64,000 nucleotides of DNA, taken from positions 110,734,001 through 110,798,000 of the forward strand of contig NC_087437.1 in NCBI RefSeq assembly GCF_036321535.1, written 5' to 3'. The notes beneath the pieces were generated by a model. It made no database searches and was not told the DNA's origin. It worked only from the letters and a program-made list of their open reading frames with translations. Below, in pieces: positions 1-12,603 of this stretch. This stretch comes from Camelus dromedarius (Eukaryota). The first letter of the stretch is position 1, and the number at the start of each line of letters is the position of its first letter. A program made the position numbers and the translations under genes.

Positions 1-119
1 GAAATTAGCATAAAATGGAAATTTCATGTAATTAAAAAACATCATTTGCACAGGTGCCCCGTGGAGCACAGGGTGTATCCAGCACTGCAGGAAGGATGCC
101 AGGACGCTCCCTCTCTTAC

Positions 120-567
120 CTTTCAAGGACACCCAGTAGTGCTTCCACTTCCTCCGGGTGGCCGACTCCACCTTCTTGTTCTTCTTGTGCACCAGGAAGT
201 TCTTGACGGCCAGGGCGCCTGCCTTGCGCACCGTGCCCTGCGCGGCCGTGAGCAGGATGTCGGATTGGCCCGGGGAGCTCAGGGTGCCGCTGCTCTGCTC
301 GTCGCTGTGTGCGGAGCCCGCCTCCTCCAGGCTCTCGCTGTTGGTGGTGCTCATCTCCAGCTCCCGTCGGAAGTTCTCGTATACCCCCTGGCGGGCTGCA
401 TCCCCGGTGGAGCTGCTGCCACTGTCGCTGCCCACAAAGGCGCGGCCGGTGGGGGGCGAGTAGCTGGAGTTGGTGGCATTGGATCGCCTGGACAGGAGGT
501 CCGTGTCGGTGGTGGCTCCTTCGATCCCACTGTCGGCAAACTCGCTACCCTCACCTGCATTAACATC
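120..567 (-). CDS. TIAM1: TIAM1 second coding exon (448 nt; residues D322-K470 plus first base of G471), including start of N-terminal PH domain
   Basis: Hand translation of the minus strand: DVNAGEGSEFADSGIEGATTDTDLLSRRSNATNSSYSPPTGRAFVGSDSGSSSTGDAARQGVYENFRRELEMSTTNSESLEEAGSAHSDEQSSGTLSSPGQSDILLTAAQGTVRKAGALAVKNFLVHKKNKKVESATRRKWKHYWVSLK. Acceptor ttttttctccctttcggctcccaag|GAT at 568/567, donor AAAG|gtaaga at 120/119. Phase 0 joins the upstream exon. This frame is absent from the ORF track. Confidence 0.97.
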
Positions 568-1967
568 CTTGGGAGCCGAAAGGGAGAAAAAAGAAGACAT
601 GCATCACACAGAGAAGTAACCCAGGCGCTCCTGTCAGTCCAGCCAGGGGCTGTGTAGCTACAGGTGTCCCACAGGGCATTGCTCTCCTGGACCAATTACT
701 CCTCAGCCCCCTGACCTGCTCAAACCCAATTTGCCTGCAGAGCAGCTCAGTAAAACCCGAGCCACCCCAGTATGAACGCAAACAATTTGGAATGCTCAAG
801 AAGTAATAAAAAAACAAAACCCAAGACAACAAGGAACATTTCAAAGAACTTATTATTTATCTGACTTAGATAATTAAGTCATTGGCAAATCAGCTATTGA
901 GATTCTCCCACTGCCCTTCTGAGTGAGCTCAGCGCCCTCACCCTCATCAGCCTGCCTGGAGCTCCGGGAAATTCTGCAGGGTAATTAGCTAGTTGTTCTG
1001 GAGGTAGGGGGTTCCAAGGGATATAGAGGTCTTTATAGCTGACACCTTTTTTCAAAAATAAAGGGCCTAGTTAGGAGTCTATTTTATAATCTGGTGACAA
1101 AAAAGAGACGTAGTGCACCACCTCACCCACTCACCCAGCAAGGACCCACCGCCCAGGAGCAGGGACCAGTCCTCATGCTCCAATCAGCTTCACTTCTTCA
1201 AAACAAGCAGCCTCTCACTCCACATTGGGGCCCACAGCTCCGACGCAGGTTCTCCAATTACCTTGCCCTTTCAAAGCCGGGATGCTAGGAGCCCGAAGCA
1301 AGCTACTCACTGCCCCTGGGCCAAGAGACAGCTTGGGGCAACTGCCAAGATGCCGGGGGTATCAATTCCCAGTTTAAAAACATTGGGAACTTTCAAAGCA
1401 CTGCCCCTGCTCTCACAGTGAACGTTTCCGGGACACAGACAGGTCTGTTCTTAAATCAGAATCTTAATTACTCTAAAGTGCTGAAGGCATTTCCGTAAAC
1501 AATAATTAAATCATGGTAGTAATCAAGGGAGGATAATGACCGCAGTATAGGACAGAACATCTCAACAGTCTTAATGGAAAAGAAATTAGACTGTTTTTTC
1601 TCAAAGGAAGAGAATGAGAACGTGAGTCTGACGTAGGACGAGGATGGCAAAGTCTGGGGGCTTAACCACTTTAGTCTCATAAACAGTTAATTATGGTTTG
1701 AAAATGTAAAACCTAACAGGATATTCCGATCGCCACAAAAATGAGTGCTTTGTGCTCAAATCTTTGCTGAGAGGCAACGGAGCAGAATGAACCAAGCCAC
1801 AAGCTAATTTTGATCTGCACGAGATCTGAATAGGTGTTGTGCCCGCATCTCTGCACATCTAACTCAGTCAATTCTAAGTTACAGCTTTCAGAGTTCACCT
1901 TCATCACAAAATAGATACTAAGTGAGACACTAAAAGATGGGCATAGCCAGACATGGAAACCAGCAAA

Positions 1968-2372
1968 GGAGACAGAAAGACAAACGCTGTATGATTTCAC
2001 TTCTCTGTGGAATGTAAGAATGTCAAAGTCACAGAGCCAGAGAGCAGAATGGTGGTTGTCAGACGCTGGTGGCTTGGGAGAAACAGGGAGACAGACGTTG
2101 GTCAAAGTGTACAAATTTCCAGTTACAGATGAGTAAGTTCTGGGGACCTGACATACAGCATGATGACTCTAGTTAATTACACTGTATTGTACACTTGAAA
2201 TTTGCTAGGAAAGTAGATTGTAAGTGTTCTCATCGCCAAAAAAAAAAAAAAGAAAGAAAGAAAGAAAAAGGTAATTGTGTGAATAACGAATGTGTTAATT
2301 AACTAGACTGTGGTAAACAGTTCACAAAATATACATACTAATTCATCACATTGTACACCTTAAAAAAAAAAA
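1968..2372 (+). mobile_element. LINE-1 3' end (L1MA-like), 5'-truncated
   Basis: Typical L1 3' UTR motifs (gacagaaagacaaacgctgtatgatttcactt, gtacaaatttccagtt, tgtattgtacacttgaaatttgct) ending in an A-tail. Confidence 0.75.
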
Positions 2373-2409
2373 CTCCACAAAGAGTACACTGCACAAAGAG
2401 TTAGAAAAA

Positions 2410-2612
2410 GAGTAGCTTGGTAGGGGAGAAACCTGGCAAATACTACCTCAGCCGGGTGCTCGAGGTTAACTGGGTGCCAGACATACGGGAACTTTCTCTG
2501 CTATCTTTGCAACATTTATGTTCTTCTAAAGCTGTTCTAATCACCTCTACAGCCCTGCACTCTACCAGCTGAGCTATTGAAGGGTGCTCTAAAGCTGTTC
2601 TAAAATTAAAAG
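2410..2612 (+). mobile_element. Degraded L1MC-like 3' fragment hosting the tRNA half retrocopy
   Basis: ggagaaacctggcaaatactacctcagcc ... gggaactttctctgctatctttgcaac ... tctaaaattaaaag resembles the L1MC/MD 3' terminus. Confidence 0.5.
2541..2587 (-). pseudogene. Tailless retropseudogene of tRNA-Tyr(GTA) 5' half
   Basis: Minus strand GCAC-CCTTCAATAGCTCAGCTGGTAGAGTGCAGGGCTGTAG-AGGTGA; 33/37 identity to the recalled tRNA-Tyr 5' exon CCTTCGATAGCTCAGCTGGTAGAGCGGAGGACTGTAG. Flanked by a perfect 16-bp direct repeat tctaaagctgttctaa (2525-2540, 2588-2603). No poly(A). Confidence 0.85.
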
Positions 2613-2623
2613 TATATTAGAGA

Positions 2624-2674
2624 AAGGAAGGAAGGAAGGAAGGAAGGAAGGAAGGAAGGAAGGAAGGAAGGAAG
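2624..2674 (+). repeat. (GGAA)n microsatellite
   Basis: About 12 perfect AAGG units. Confidence 0.95.
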
Positions 2675-5600
2675 AACAAGTGGGAAGTAAGGAGGAAGAC
2701 AGTAGCAGGAAATGGTTAAGCAAATTTCTCAGAATCAACTGCCTTTACAATGGAGTTTAGACCCCTGGGATTTAGAGGGACTTAAGGGAATCAAAGAAAC
2801 CACAGATGCGGCTCAGACGTAGACCCTGTGACTGACAACGACTGATGCCGCCACCTTGCTACCAGCTGTTCTGCCTGTTAACCTGACATAGATGGTCATC
2901 GAGGACCCAGATCCAGTAAGTAAAAATCCTCGGTACAAACAAGAGACCGTCGTCATCAACCCACGCTTCTCCTTGGTAGGGACATTTACCTAAATCTGGC
3001 CATGACTGATTATTCAGTAACCACGGGTAGCGGGAGATGAGAAGTCTGTGTGTTCCCCAACATCTGGATTCATTTTCACATCTCAGTCTTTCTCTGGAAG
3101 AAGTGACAAAACCAGCTACAAACTCGCCTCCAAAATGAAGAAAGGCAAGCTGCTTCCCTGTAAGACAGGGGCAGATAAGCTACATGGGGAGCCTCCTGAG
3201 TTCACAAGAGAAAGACTTCAGAACAAAGAAGGAGGGAATGGACTCCAGGCACTCTAGAACCGGAAGGAACCTTACACAGCCATCCCCTTGGTTAATGCCT
3301 GGGGCTGCTGAGGCTCCAGCAAGTCCCAAGCCTGGTGGGTGGCAAACCGGAGGTTGGAACCCGAGCTTCCCGCCACCTTCTCCACTCTTAACGTGAAGGC
3401 TCAGCGGCATGCAGCGCCCGATCAGACCCGTCTCGGTAGTCAACGCCTACACAGTCAACTCAGTCAACGCTGAATGATTGTTCATCTCTTTGCCTTGACT
3501 TTCCTGGCAAAGAGCTCACACTCAAAAGCAGTGGCAAGGGGGAGGAGCACATGAAAGAAGATGGAGAGAAGCAGAGGCAGAGACCGGAAGGCATGTCTCT
3601 GAACCGTCCAATCCATCCCCACAGAGCATGACCCCCTTTACAGAATGCCCTGACGTCCCTCCTGAACCTAAGGGTTAAGGCCTCAATAGACACTCACCTC
3701 TTTGTCGGACTTGAACATCTGCTCATGCCAAATGACGTCACAACCTCACGATGGCCCAGGCTGTGTGTGTTCAACTCTGGGACGGCCACTAAACTGAGCA
3801 AAGAAGTGACTCCTCCAGGTTCCAGGCCCGCTGGCCCCAGCTGAGCCAGCATGCTTCTGGAGCACACAACCCAGCGTAACCATTGGGGAATGCTCCCCAT
3901 CTGTGACCCAAGCTGGCTCTGCCTCGTCTCCACAAGTGGTCGAGCAGGCTCAGGGATGCACAGCACCCAACACTGACACGTGACCCAGCCTGTTGGGAAA
4001 CAGATCCCGGCTGCCCAGACCCAGCCCCTATTTGGTCATGAAGCTTGGGATGTCCCAGATACTCAGGAACCTGTGCTTCAGCATCAGGGAATGGGAAATG
4101 ATGTCCACCCAGCCAGAGGTCATCACTCAACCCCCGAGTGGTCAATAGGGACTCCATGTTCTCTACACCAGCCACCCCCATCTTTAGAGCAGGAAAGAGT
4201 CATCCACAGCAGGGCTTTCTTATCCAGATGCCTAAATGCCACAGGAGAAATACAAGTTTACAGGTCTCAGAATCTCTAGAACAAACCAAAGCCAGATACA
4301 CTGACGCAGAGGCTCTAGGCTCACACACTGAAAGCCCGCTCTGAGGCTGCATCCTCACTGCCCATCCTTCACAAATGCCAGGGTGCATACCATTGTGATG
4401 GGGTTTCCAACAGCTTAGAAGAAAGACAGCATCACTAGGATTCAAACATTCCTGGTGCATCTTTCCGAAGGGCTCCTCCTCCTGCCCACCTCCACCTCAA
4501 GGACACATCACACCTGAGAAATCTGATTTGCCCCACACTCAGAGCCCCTGTGAACCACCCAACTCTTGCAGCAGCAAGAAACCCAGATGACCAACCCCAG
4601 GGAAGAGCCCCCCAAGAACCCAGCAGTCTTCAAAGTATGTTCCATCTTATCTAGTTAGACGTCTTAGCATGTGACCAGTCCTAGAATATTTAACCAAATA
4701 CTGAAACTCACACCAAAAGTCAGAGGAGAGCAAGGGAAATGGTAAGATCCTCACTAGACAGAGGAATAACTCCCAACATGGCGCATGATCCGGCCAGAGA
4801 TTTCCTGAAAACAGCTCAAAATAAACTCCCCAGGTTTGAACCACTCCACTGAAGAGGCTTCCGATTATAAACAACATTCATGGGCTAGAAGATGCTCTGA
4901 AACCCTGCTCTCTCTGGACAAATCCTCCCAAGCCAGATTTTTAGAGCACTCACCAGTTTCCATTACATTGGCAGTTTCCCAGCATGAACGTATGCACTTT
5001 CCTATCGGATGCACAAGTGGCCAGCTGTTGACCAGAACATTCAACAGCTGCCAGGCAAGGGTTTTCTTAGTCATTTTAGCTGGGCAACAAATGCTGAAAT
5101 GAGCTCTGGTCTAAAACGGAGGAGGCAAGAAGCAAATTCAAAGCCTGTTTTCAGTGCCTTGAAAACCAGGGGATCACCCAGCCCGAATGTGGGCTGAGGA
5201 CACATGGTACCAAGGCTCAAGATGTTTCCACGGGGGACTTATAGAAATGGCCTGAGGAACAGGTTTGCTGTGCACATGATGTATGAACACAATTTTGAAA
5301 TGGTAGTTAGCCACAAAGTTCAAGGGCCCTGGGACAATTCGGGGACCAGTGGGATCAACTGGCCACTTGTAGTTCCAAGTCGAATGCGATTAGAAGCTGC
5401 TATGCTGTTCACTTTGTCTAATTTCCCTGATGAATTCAGCTTTGTTGAAGCATACCTGTACAGAGAAGGTAAATACTGCAGAGGAGAGGGCACTGAATTC
5501 CAGCGGGGCGAGGAGATTCTGACCTGCAGAAGCCTTGAACTGGAATCATTTCTGCCTTGTTAAATTCTAAACTGTTCTCCCTCAGGTTTATCATCTTCTT

Positions 5601-5734
5601 CTCATCTGCAAGTTCTAAGTGCCTGCCTCCCCAGTGCATGCACACACACGAAGACTGTCTTTGGTTCCCAATGTTCCCTTCTCTGTATGCTCAACACACT
5701 CCTCGGCAGTCTCAGGACAGCAAATGGCAGCTCT

Positions 5735-5900
5735 AGGCAAGTTATTGTGAACCAGTCCGTGCCTCGGTTTCCTCATCTGCATAAGGCGGGTAGCAACAAT
5801 GTCTACTTTGATAAGATGCTATGAGACTGAAGTAACTCAACACAGATTTCTAGAACTGTGCCGAGCCCACAGTACCTGTTCATGAGTGTTACTTGTAATG
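5735..5900 (+). mobile_element. MIR SINE
   Basis: Core ggcaagtta...gtgcctcggtttcctcatctgcataa. Confidence 0.7.
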
Positions 5901-7069
5901 ACAGTCATGCCCATCCTCAGCCTTTCCTACATCTCAGCCCCAGGAGAGAAGACACCACTTGACCTCACTCACTACCTTTTTGCTCTAACATGGAAGAAAG
6001 GTCATCATCCAGGAACTTGGGAAAAACAAGGTCTCGTGGCAAAAGCAGAGAGGCAGACCAAGGCTGGTGTGAGCCAAGGCAATTATTTTTTTTAATTATT
6101 TTCACATTCACAAAACTGCACGATGAATTAAGAAAAGGATGCTTTCTTGCTGAAAGTGAGGAGCTGCTGGGCACCGCTGCTAATAATCGCCATTCTTGAT
6201 TTACAGACATATCACAGGATCAGTTTCCATCATGGCACGGCTTTTCTGTTTCCCCTCTCTCTCTGCACAAATGTCCAGTGTCTTTTTGAATTTTTGATTC
6301 TGAAGTTTGTAAATTCTGCCTCCGGGGCCTCCCACTCTTAGCTCCTCTGTACGTGGCCCAGCTCGTTCTGAGCATTTCTAGAAACTGGCTCTATTTCCCT
6401 CTTCTTCCTTTTCCGAGGCAAAATCTCCATGCCCTTTTAAGTTTCAGACACCCAGTTCCATCCCCTCTAATGATTCCCAATGGGAGTGACTCAGCTCTCT
6501 TTCAATTATAATCTTGGAACTGAAGTTCTGACTGTTACTAAAAGGGGACTCGGAAGGAAGTTGGCAAATGCTTGAAATGTGGCTTCAGGTAACTCCAGAC
6601 TGGAGAGCACTCAGGGTCTGAGTTAATGAATCATCTTCTCTCCTTTCATCTGTTTTCCTAGGTGCGTGCCTCAAACCTGTTGTCACCCTTCCTCAGGATA
6701 GATCACACCCCCTGGTCTCTGTTCTGCTTTTCTGAGTGCCACATCCCCAGTTCAGCGACAAACTCCCCAGCTCCCTTCCTTCCATCAGTCCCTCCTGCAC
6801 ATCACTGTGGGGTCAGGTCTCCCAGGAGCTGGGTGGAGGGCTCCTGAGACTGTCCATCAAGCCGTCCCTCAATACCAGCCTGAGCACTGGCTCTTCGGAT
6901 GCACCCAGTCACCAGTGAAACTGAAGAACTCATTTCAGTGTATGTTCCCAACTTTCCTTGCTTCCAGGAATCCTGATCCTTCAAGGCTCAGTTCAAGTCC
7001 CTCTTCCCTAAGCTGGAAGCCTTCTCGTGCCTTCCTCGAATCGCCATGCCAACTTCTCTACTGCATCTC

Positions 7070-7342
7070 AGCCATAGAGGGCCACTCCCATCTCCCCTTC
7101 AAATCCTGACTCAAGTCTGCCCTCTCCAGGGGGCCAACCTGACCAGCTGATCTTCCTCACCTCGCTCTCCCCCGCAGCAGGCCACGTGCTTGTGGTGCTA
7201 AGTGTTTCTGCACACCCACACCCACCTCAACCCAACCAGCTCCCTGAGCTCAGAGATCTTTTCCTGACGCATCCCAAGTGCCAAGAATAGTGCCTGGCAT
7301 GGCGTAGGCACTCCAAAAAAAAAACACCAAACATTGTTGAAC
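7070..7342 (+). mobile_element. L2 3' fragment
   Basis: agctccctgag...agtgcctggcatggcgtaggcactc...attgttgaa resembles the L2 3' end. Confidence 0.55.
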
Positions 7343-7936
7343 AACTTAACGGCTGCTCATTTTCCACCCTCCTCTCAAAACAAGAAAATCATGCCTCAGG
7401 GAATACATTTCCATTTGATTTAACGTTCTAGTCATTTCCAGGCTCCGCTCACACTCAACTCCTGATGAAGTCACAGAAGAGTCCCGACTGGAAAGCCTGG
7501 CTGCAACCCTCGAGCCATCCAGGTTTATTACGTCTTTTACGGAGACAACCAGAATTCATCCACATGGTTTTTTCTTTAAGCTTTTGAAAAGTTGAGAAAG
7601 TGAGAAAGACATATTGGGCTGTTTCATGGCCCAGACTAGATATTCTGTCCACGAGCCCCAGTGGCAGAGTGAAAAGCCTTGGGAGTTTCCTAAGTTGGGC
7701 CCTGGCCTCCTGGGAGATGCTCTCAGGGCTACACAGCAGGCTGGCTGGGGAGGGGGGGTTCCACTCCCGCTCCCAGTCCTTTGCCCTCCTCAGTCATGCT
7801 AGGAAACCCGCATCACACATTACTGTGGGACACAATGTGCACCGAGGGGCACAGACTCTCCTCTCTTTATGCACTAAACTCAGCATGTGATTTTCAAAGG
7901 CTTGAAATTTCTCCAACCTGTATTAACATAAATGAG

Positions 7937-8376
7937 CAGCTCTCCAAGTGTGGACCAGGGGTCCTTAATTAATTTCAGGGGGCCCTAAGGCCCTCCTTTT
8001 TCCAACCACCTGTTCGATCCAGGTTTGCCTCCTACAGTCCAGCCAAAACAGCTTACCGCAAGGGAGTGAATGCAGAAGCCAATATGAGACTTTAGGGTCT
8101 TCTGGGAAGCCAGAAATTGTAGAGATTTGAAAAAAAATAAAGTTCTTCTCACTCTTTTTTTTTAACTTTAGAAAATAAATTTTTAAAAATAAACTTATTT
8201 ATGTGAACATGTAATGGATTTGTTGATGTTATTTTAAGATGAATTAGCAAGCATTTTTTCATATTTCTGTCTCAATTTCTCATGTGATAAATATTTATAG
8301 ATGTAACCCACATGAACAGAAGCCCTTCAGCATCTGTAACACATTTTAAGAGTATAGACGAGTCTGAGAATTGCTG
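7937..8376 (+). mobile_element. hAT-Charlie (Charlie1-like) internally deleted DNA transposon
   Basis: Termini cagctctccaagtgtgg ... tgagaattgctg; internal tgaatgcagaagccaatatgaga...aagccagaaattgtagagatttg and aacccacatgaacagaagc match the recalled Charlie1 3' region. Confidence 0.6.
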
Positions 8377-8641
8377 ATATAAGCCATCTCTCAGCCACCT
8401 ACTCACCCTCTCTCTCCCTAAAAGTTCTTGGCAAAAGAGATAGATATTCATGTTGAAAATGGATGGGCTGGTCTTCAAAACAAGTATCTCATTGCTTAAG
8501 TTACATGCCAGAAAAAGAAAAATCAAAAGGAAAGCAAAAAAGAAGAATCGAACAGGAGAAGGGAAGGAAGAGATGTTATTTTTAGAAGTGGATTTTATAT
8601 GAAAATATTTTGTTTCATGAAGAATTAACCTGAGGTTTTAA

Positions 8642-8789
8642 CCAGAGGTTTCTCGATGGACCTTGGAGGACCCGAGGATCCCCTGCATGATAGGCAGAAG
8701 GGTGGTCCCTAAAAGGTGTTGATCCTAAAGGATCCACGTTTTTCATCTGGCTCTCAAAGGAATCTGTGACCAAAGGTTAAGAAGTTCTG
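8642..8789. mobile_element. Short hAT-Charlie-type MITE remnant
   Basis: cagaggtttctc ... tttcatctggctctcaaaggaatctgtgaccaaaggttaagaagttctg; a related piece occurs near 53035-53190. Confidence 0.45.
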
Positions 8790-9734
8790 GGATGCTGATG
8801 TCTGTTCTCAGCTCAGGGAACATACTTACCCCTGAGCCATTTAAGCCAAGTGTAAAACAAAACAAAATTTTAAAACTCAACACAGTTTTTGTAGGAACTC
8901 ACGATCTTCTGACAAGGCTGCCCCCTTTATCTCGCTGAAATCACCAACTCTGTCACTTACTCATTTAAGCAAGAGAGTCACCAGGAATGACACCTTCTAA
9001 AGTTGTCTCTGGTCACATCTTTCGGGAGCCACTGTTTCGGGCCACAGTAGTGGCCAGCTACTATTTTTTTCCACTAACCTTTGCTTTTCTTTTGTTGGCT
9101 TCTGTACCAGAATTGAGGGTTTTGATGTTAAAATCTGAGGGCACATGAACTGAAACCTGTTTGAACATGGGCAGGTAGTGTGATGTGGGTTTGCTTCTGA
9201 AGAATGAACTCTCGCCTGTGGATCAGAAGACCTGGATTTTAATCCATTTGTGAGACCTTGCCAGCTAATCCCTGAAAAGCGATGGGGTTGGAGAGAGAGA
9301 TGATGGGTGAGCTGGCAACTGGAAATCAGGCTGAAATGAATCCCCGCAGTGGCCCCTGGGGGCCCGGAGCTCGGCCTTCCCTCTGTCCCACTCTGTGCTA
9401 CAGCGTGAGGAAGGCGTCAGAAACTAGACCAACATACCAACTTCATCACCAGCACCGCATCCCCGAGAGGAGCTCAGAGAGGGCCTCTGGCGGCGATCCC
9501 CTGAGACAGTCTCAGCACAGAGGCTCCCTTTCGTTTATCTCCAGGTGGATGAATGAAGCTCTCCTCACAAGTTATGCACAAATGCTCTGAGCCAAAGCTT
9601 CCCTTTGAGATATAGGACTTGGCTCCAAGACCCTCCATCAGGTGGTACTTTTCTCTCTCCACCTCACCTGCTGGTGGTCTTAGAGACACGGAAGACCTGA
9701 GCTCCAGAATATTAAGACAAACTTCACCATCACA

Positions 9735-9915
9735 TTATTTACAGAGCACCTATCACATGCAATACTGTGCCAGGAGATTAACATTCCTGCCTGTGTGGAA
9801 CCGTGACATTAACTTCATTCAAGAGTCACTGAGACCCTTCCAAGGTTACACAGCCAACAAGTAACAGCGTCCAAACTTGCAAGCTCAGACCTGCTGGACT
9901 TCAGAACCTCTTCTT
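9735..9915 (-). mobile_element. MIR SINE
   Basis: gagcacctatc...actgtgcc and ccaaggttacacagc...gacttcagaacc in reverse MIR orientation. Confidence 0.55.
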
Positions 9916-10024
9916 TGCATGAAACCAGGCTGCCCCCTCCTCTGTCCATTAACCATGGGAAGACTGAGAGAATAAAGTTCAGGCCAAAAACACCCAATGA
10001 GGTTATCAATTAAATCAAAGGTCA

Positions 10025-10176
10025 GGGTGGAGGATATAGCTCAGTGGTAGAGAGCAGGCTTAGCACACACAAGGTCCTGGGTTCAATCCCCAGTGCCTCC
10101 ATTTAAAAAAGTGAATAAGTAAATAAATAAAATTAATTACCTGTCCCTCCCCCGCTCACCAAAAAAAAAAAAAAAA
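10025..10176 (+). mobile_element. tRNA-Ala-derived SINE (camelid Vic-1 type)
   Basis: gggtggaggatatagctcagtggtagag...ggttcaatccccagtgcctcc (A and B boxes), AT-rich linker, poly(A); imperfect TSD aaatcaaaggtca (10012-10024) / aaatcaaggggca (10177-10189). Confidence 0.85.
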
Positions 10177-11949
10177 AAATCAAGGGGCAATCTACTCGGT
10201 ATTTGACAGAAGTCAATACAAGAAAACTCGGCTTTAAGAGATACAGGTAAACCCTCCCCACAGATGACGACCAGACTGACTCACAAGATGAAACTGTATG
10301 CACAGTGCACACACACACACTTAAACATACTGAATTTAACACACAGAATTCCTCAGCACTGACTGTGTGGCAGACACATAAAACGTGTCACTTTTTAAAA
10401 CCTAAATGTGAATTCTGGTGCCTTCCTGTTTCAGTAACATGTCCAACTCCTGAACAAACACAAAAAATAGGAAGAATGGCCAAAAACTCTTTTTTGATCA
10501 TTTTCAAATAAAAAGATGTTGTTCATGTTATTTCAGATACAATATATTGTCTCCCAGGCCCAAAGGCCGTGCCTTTGGGCCAGCTGCCTGCCAGGAACTC
10601 TTTTCTGGGGAGTGACACTGCTGACAGGGCTGTTACAAATTCGACTGCATCACCAGGGCAGACGAGGAGACTCTCACATCCACGGTCCCAACTCGCTGCA
10701 GAGGTCCCCTGGGTCAGAAACTTCTACCAAAATTAAAAAAAAAAAAAAAATCTTTTCAAGGAAGCCTTCACACCCACTGCCTCTTAAAATACACTGTTTG
10801 GAACATAGTGGGTTCTCAAGAAATCGCGTTGGATGAACACGCCAAACTTAGACTAGGAAGCGTGGGTGGATGGGTAGTGTTGTGCATAATTCTGGGGTTT
10901 GTTTCAAGTCATTAAAGATCCTCGCTCAACATGTAAAATCGAGACAAAAATAATACTTCCGTTCACTTTACAGACTCTGCGAAAGGCTTCTACACATGGA
11001 ATCCCATGTGGTTCTCTTAATGGCCCTGACAGAGGCTGGTGTCACTCACCCTGGACAGAGAAGCGGCCTGCGATGGAGTGACTTGCCCAAGGTCACCAGT
11101 CAGTAAGGAGTGAGCCGGGATGCAAATGAACTTCTTAAGATTCCTCCTGCGTTGCACTTTGCATTACATTAAGCTACCACGGTGCTTTATGAGGCACCAC
11201 ATTGAGATGATCTCACTCCCATACATTAACCATGTTGGAAGGTGACAAGCCAAAGAATGGAAATGTCATACAACAATTACATGTGAGAACTTTCAGGGGT
11301 ACCAGCGTTGCCCCTCTTCTGGGGGTAGCCATGACTCAAAGGCTCACACCCCCATGGGTGAGTTAGGGGCTGGGAGGAGCAGAGAGCCAGCTGTCCCCAG
11401 TGCTGGGGATGTGGAGACAGGGAGCCAGGGTACCCCGGGGCACCCCTGTCAACTCTTACACAGAATGTGTGCCAACTTAGCATTGTGCCAGGTGAAAGTG
11501 CCAGCCACAGGCAAGGCTGCTTTTCCAACAGTCTGTATCAATGTACCCTGCTCTAACTTGCGAGGGCCAGTAAACCAGCTCTTTGAATCGGGCCTGTAAT
11601 GCCAATCTGGCGACATCCTCAAGACACAGCCTGCAGTGCCTTTCAGATGACCCTTTGATAGGTCACCGACCTCACCCGCATCCTGACAGGTCAGGTTGCC
11701 AGTGCAGGAAGAGTCCGCACAGAGCAGGCAGAGGGACCACAGAGGGGGGTTATTCAGTCATTTCTAACCTTATAATCTCGCTTCAGAAAAGAGATGGGTA
11801 AAAATTCAAGTCAGGCTTCTAGATGCAATATTCAAGCTCATCTTCTGAAAATCACAGAAATCAGCCTTTTTAGTAATTGTGTTTCTAAAACACAAAATTT
11901 GATATAAAAACACCAAATTACCCTGGGTCCTCAACTAACACCATTAATA

Positions 11950-12115
11950 ATAATGAAAACCACAGCAGCTTACAGAGTCTCCCCTGCTGGCAGCTTCCAT
12001 TTTCTCAAAAAAACGTATTATTATCCCCATTGGACAGATGAAGAAATTAAGGCTTCAAGAGACTTAAAAATGTTGCCCAAAGTTACTCAGGTAAGAAGAG
12101 GTGAGCCAGGTCCTG
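11950..12115 (-). mobile_element. MIR SINE
   Basis: tattatccccattggacagatgaagaaattaaggct...ttgcccaaagttac is the reverse MIR core. Confidence 0.7.
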
Positions 12116-12134
12116 GCTTGGACACCATCAGCAA

Positions 12135-12603
12135 AACCTGTCCTCCAATGGATGAAGTGGGAGGCATGGGAGGCGTGGGGGGTGTGGGGCGGGGTGGGGG
12201 AGTCGTTTTATCCATACATGGGAAGATTATTCAGCCTTAAAAAGGGAAGGGACTTCTGCCACATGCTACAACATGTGAACCTGGAGGAATCAACGTAAGT
12301 ATAAGAAGCCAGTCACAAAAAGACAAATATGGCATGAGTCCACTTAGATGAGGTCTCCAGAGTGGTCCCACTCTTTGAGACAGAAAGTGGAATGGTGCTG
12401 GCCAGGGGCTGGGGAGAGGGGATATGGGAGGATCGTTTAATGGGTACAGAGCTTCAGTTCTACAAGATGAAAAGCGTTCTGCAGATGACGGATGGTCGTG
12501 GCCGCCCAACACAGTGACTGTTCGTAACACCCCTCAACTGCACTTTAAAAAAAAAAATGAACAAGATGGTAAATGTTATGTGTACTTTTACCACAATTAA
12601 AAT
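12135..12603 (+). mobile_element. LINE-1 3' end (L1MB-like)
   Basis: tattcagccttaaaaaggg...gccagtcacaaaaagacaaata...tttaatgggtacagagcttcagtt...ttttaccacaattaaaa. Confidence 0.8.

Noticed and set aside
46..657. 203-aa plus-strand ORF and other ORFs overlapping 120-567
   Set aside because: Antisense or off-frame shadows of the GC-rich TIAM1 coding exon; no recognisable protein.
8824..8835. Strong minus-strand donor GGG|GTAAGT inside the 568-14065 intron
   Set aside because: No convincing acceptor defining an exon upstream; a similar orphan donor lies near 49604.
10025..10100. Apparent tRNA-Ala gene (also 19865-19943)
   Set aside because: TSDs, A-rich tails and stem mismatches show these are SINE copies.
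12158..12200. G-quadruplex-like G runs (also 22931-22955, 45790-45826)
   Set aside because: Common low-complexity tracts, mostly inside repeats; no evidence of function.
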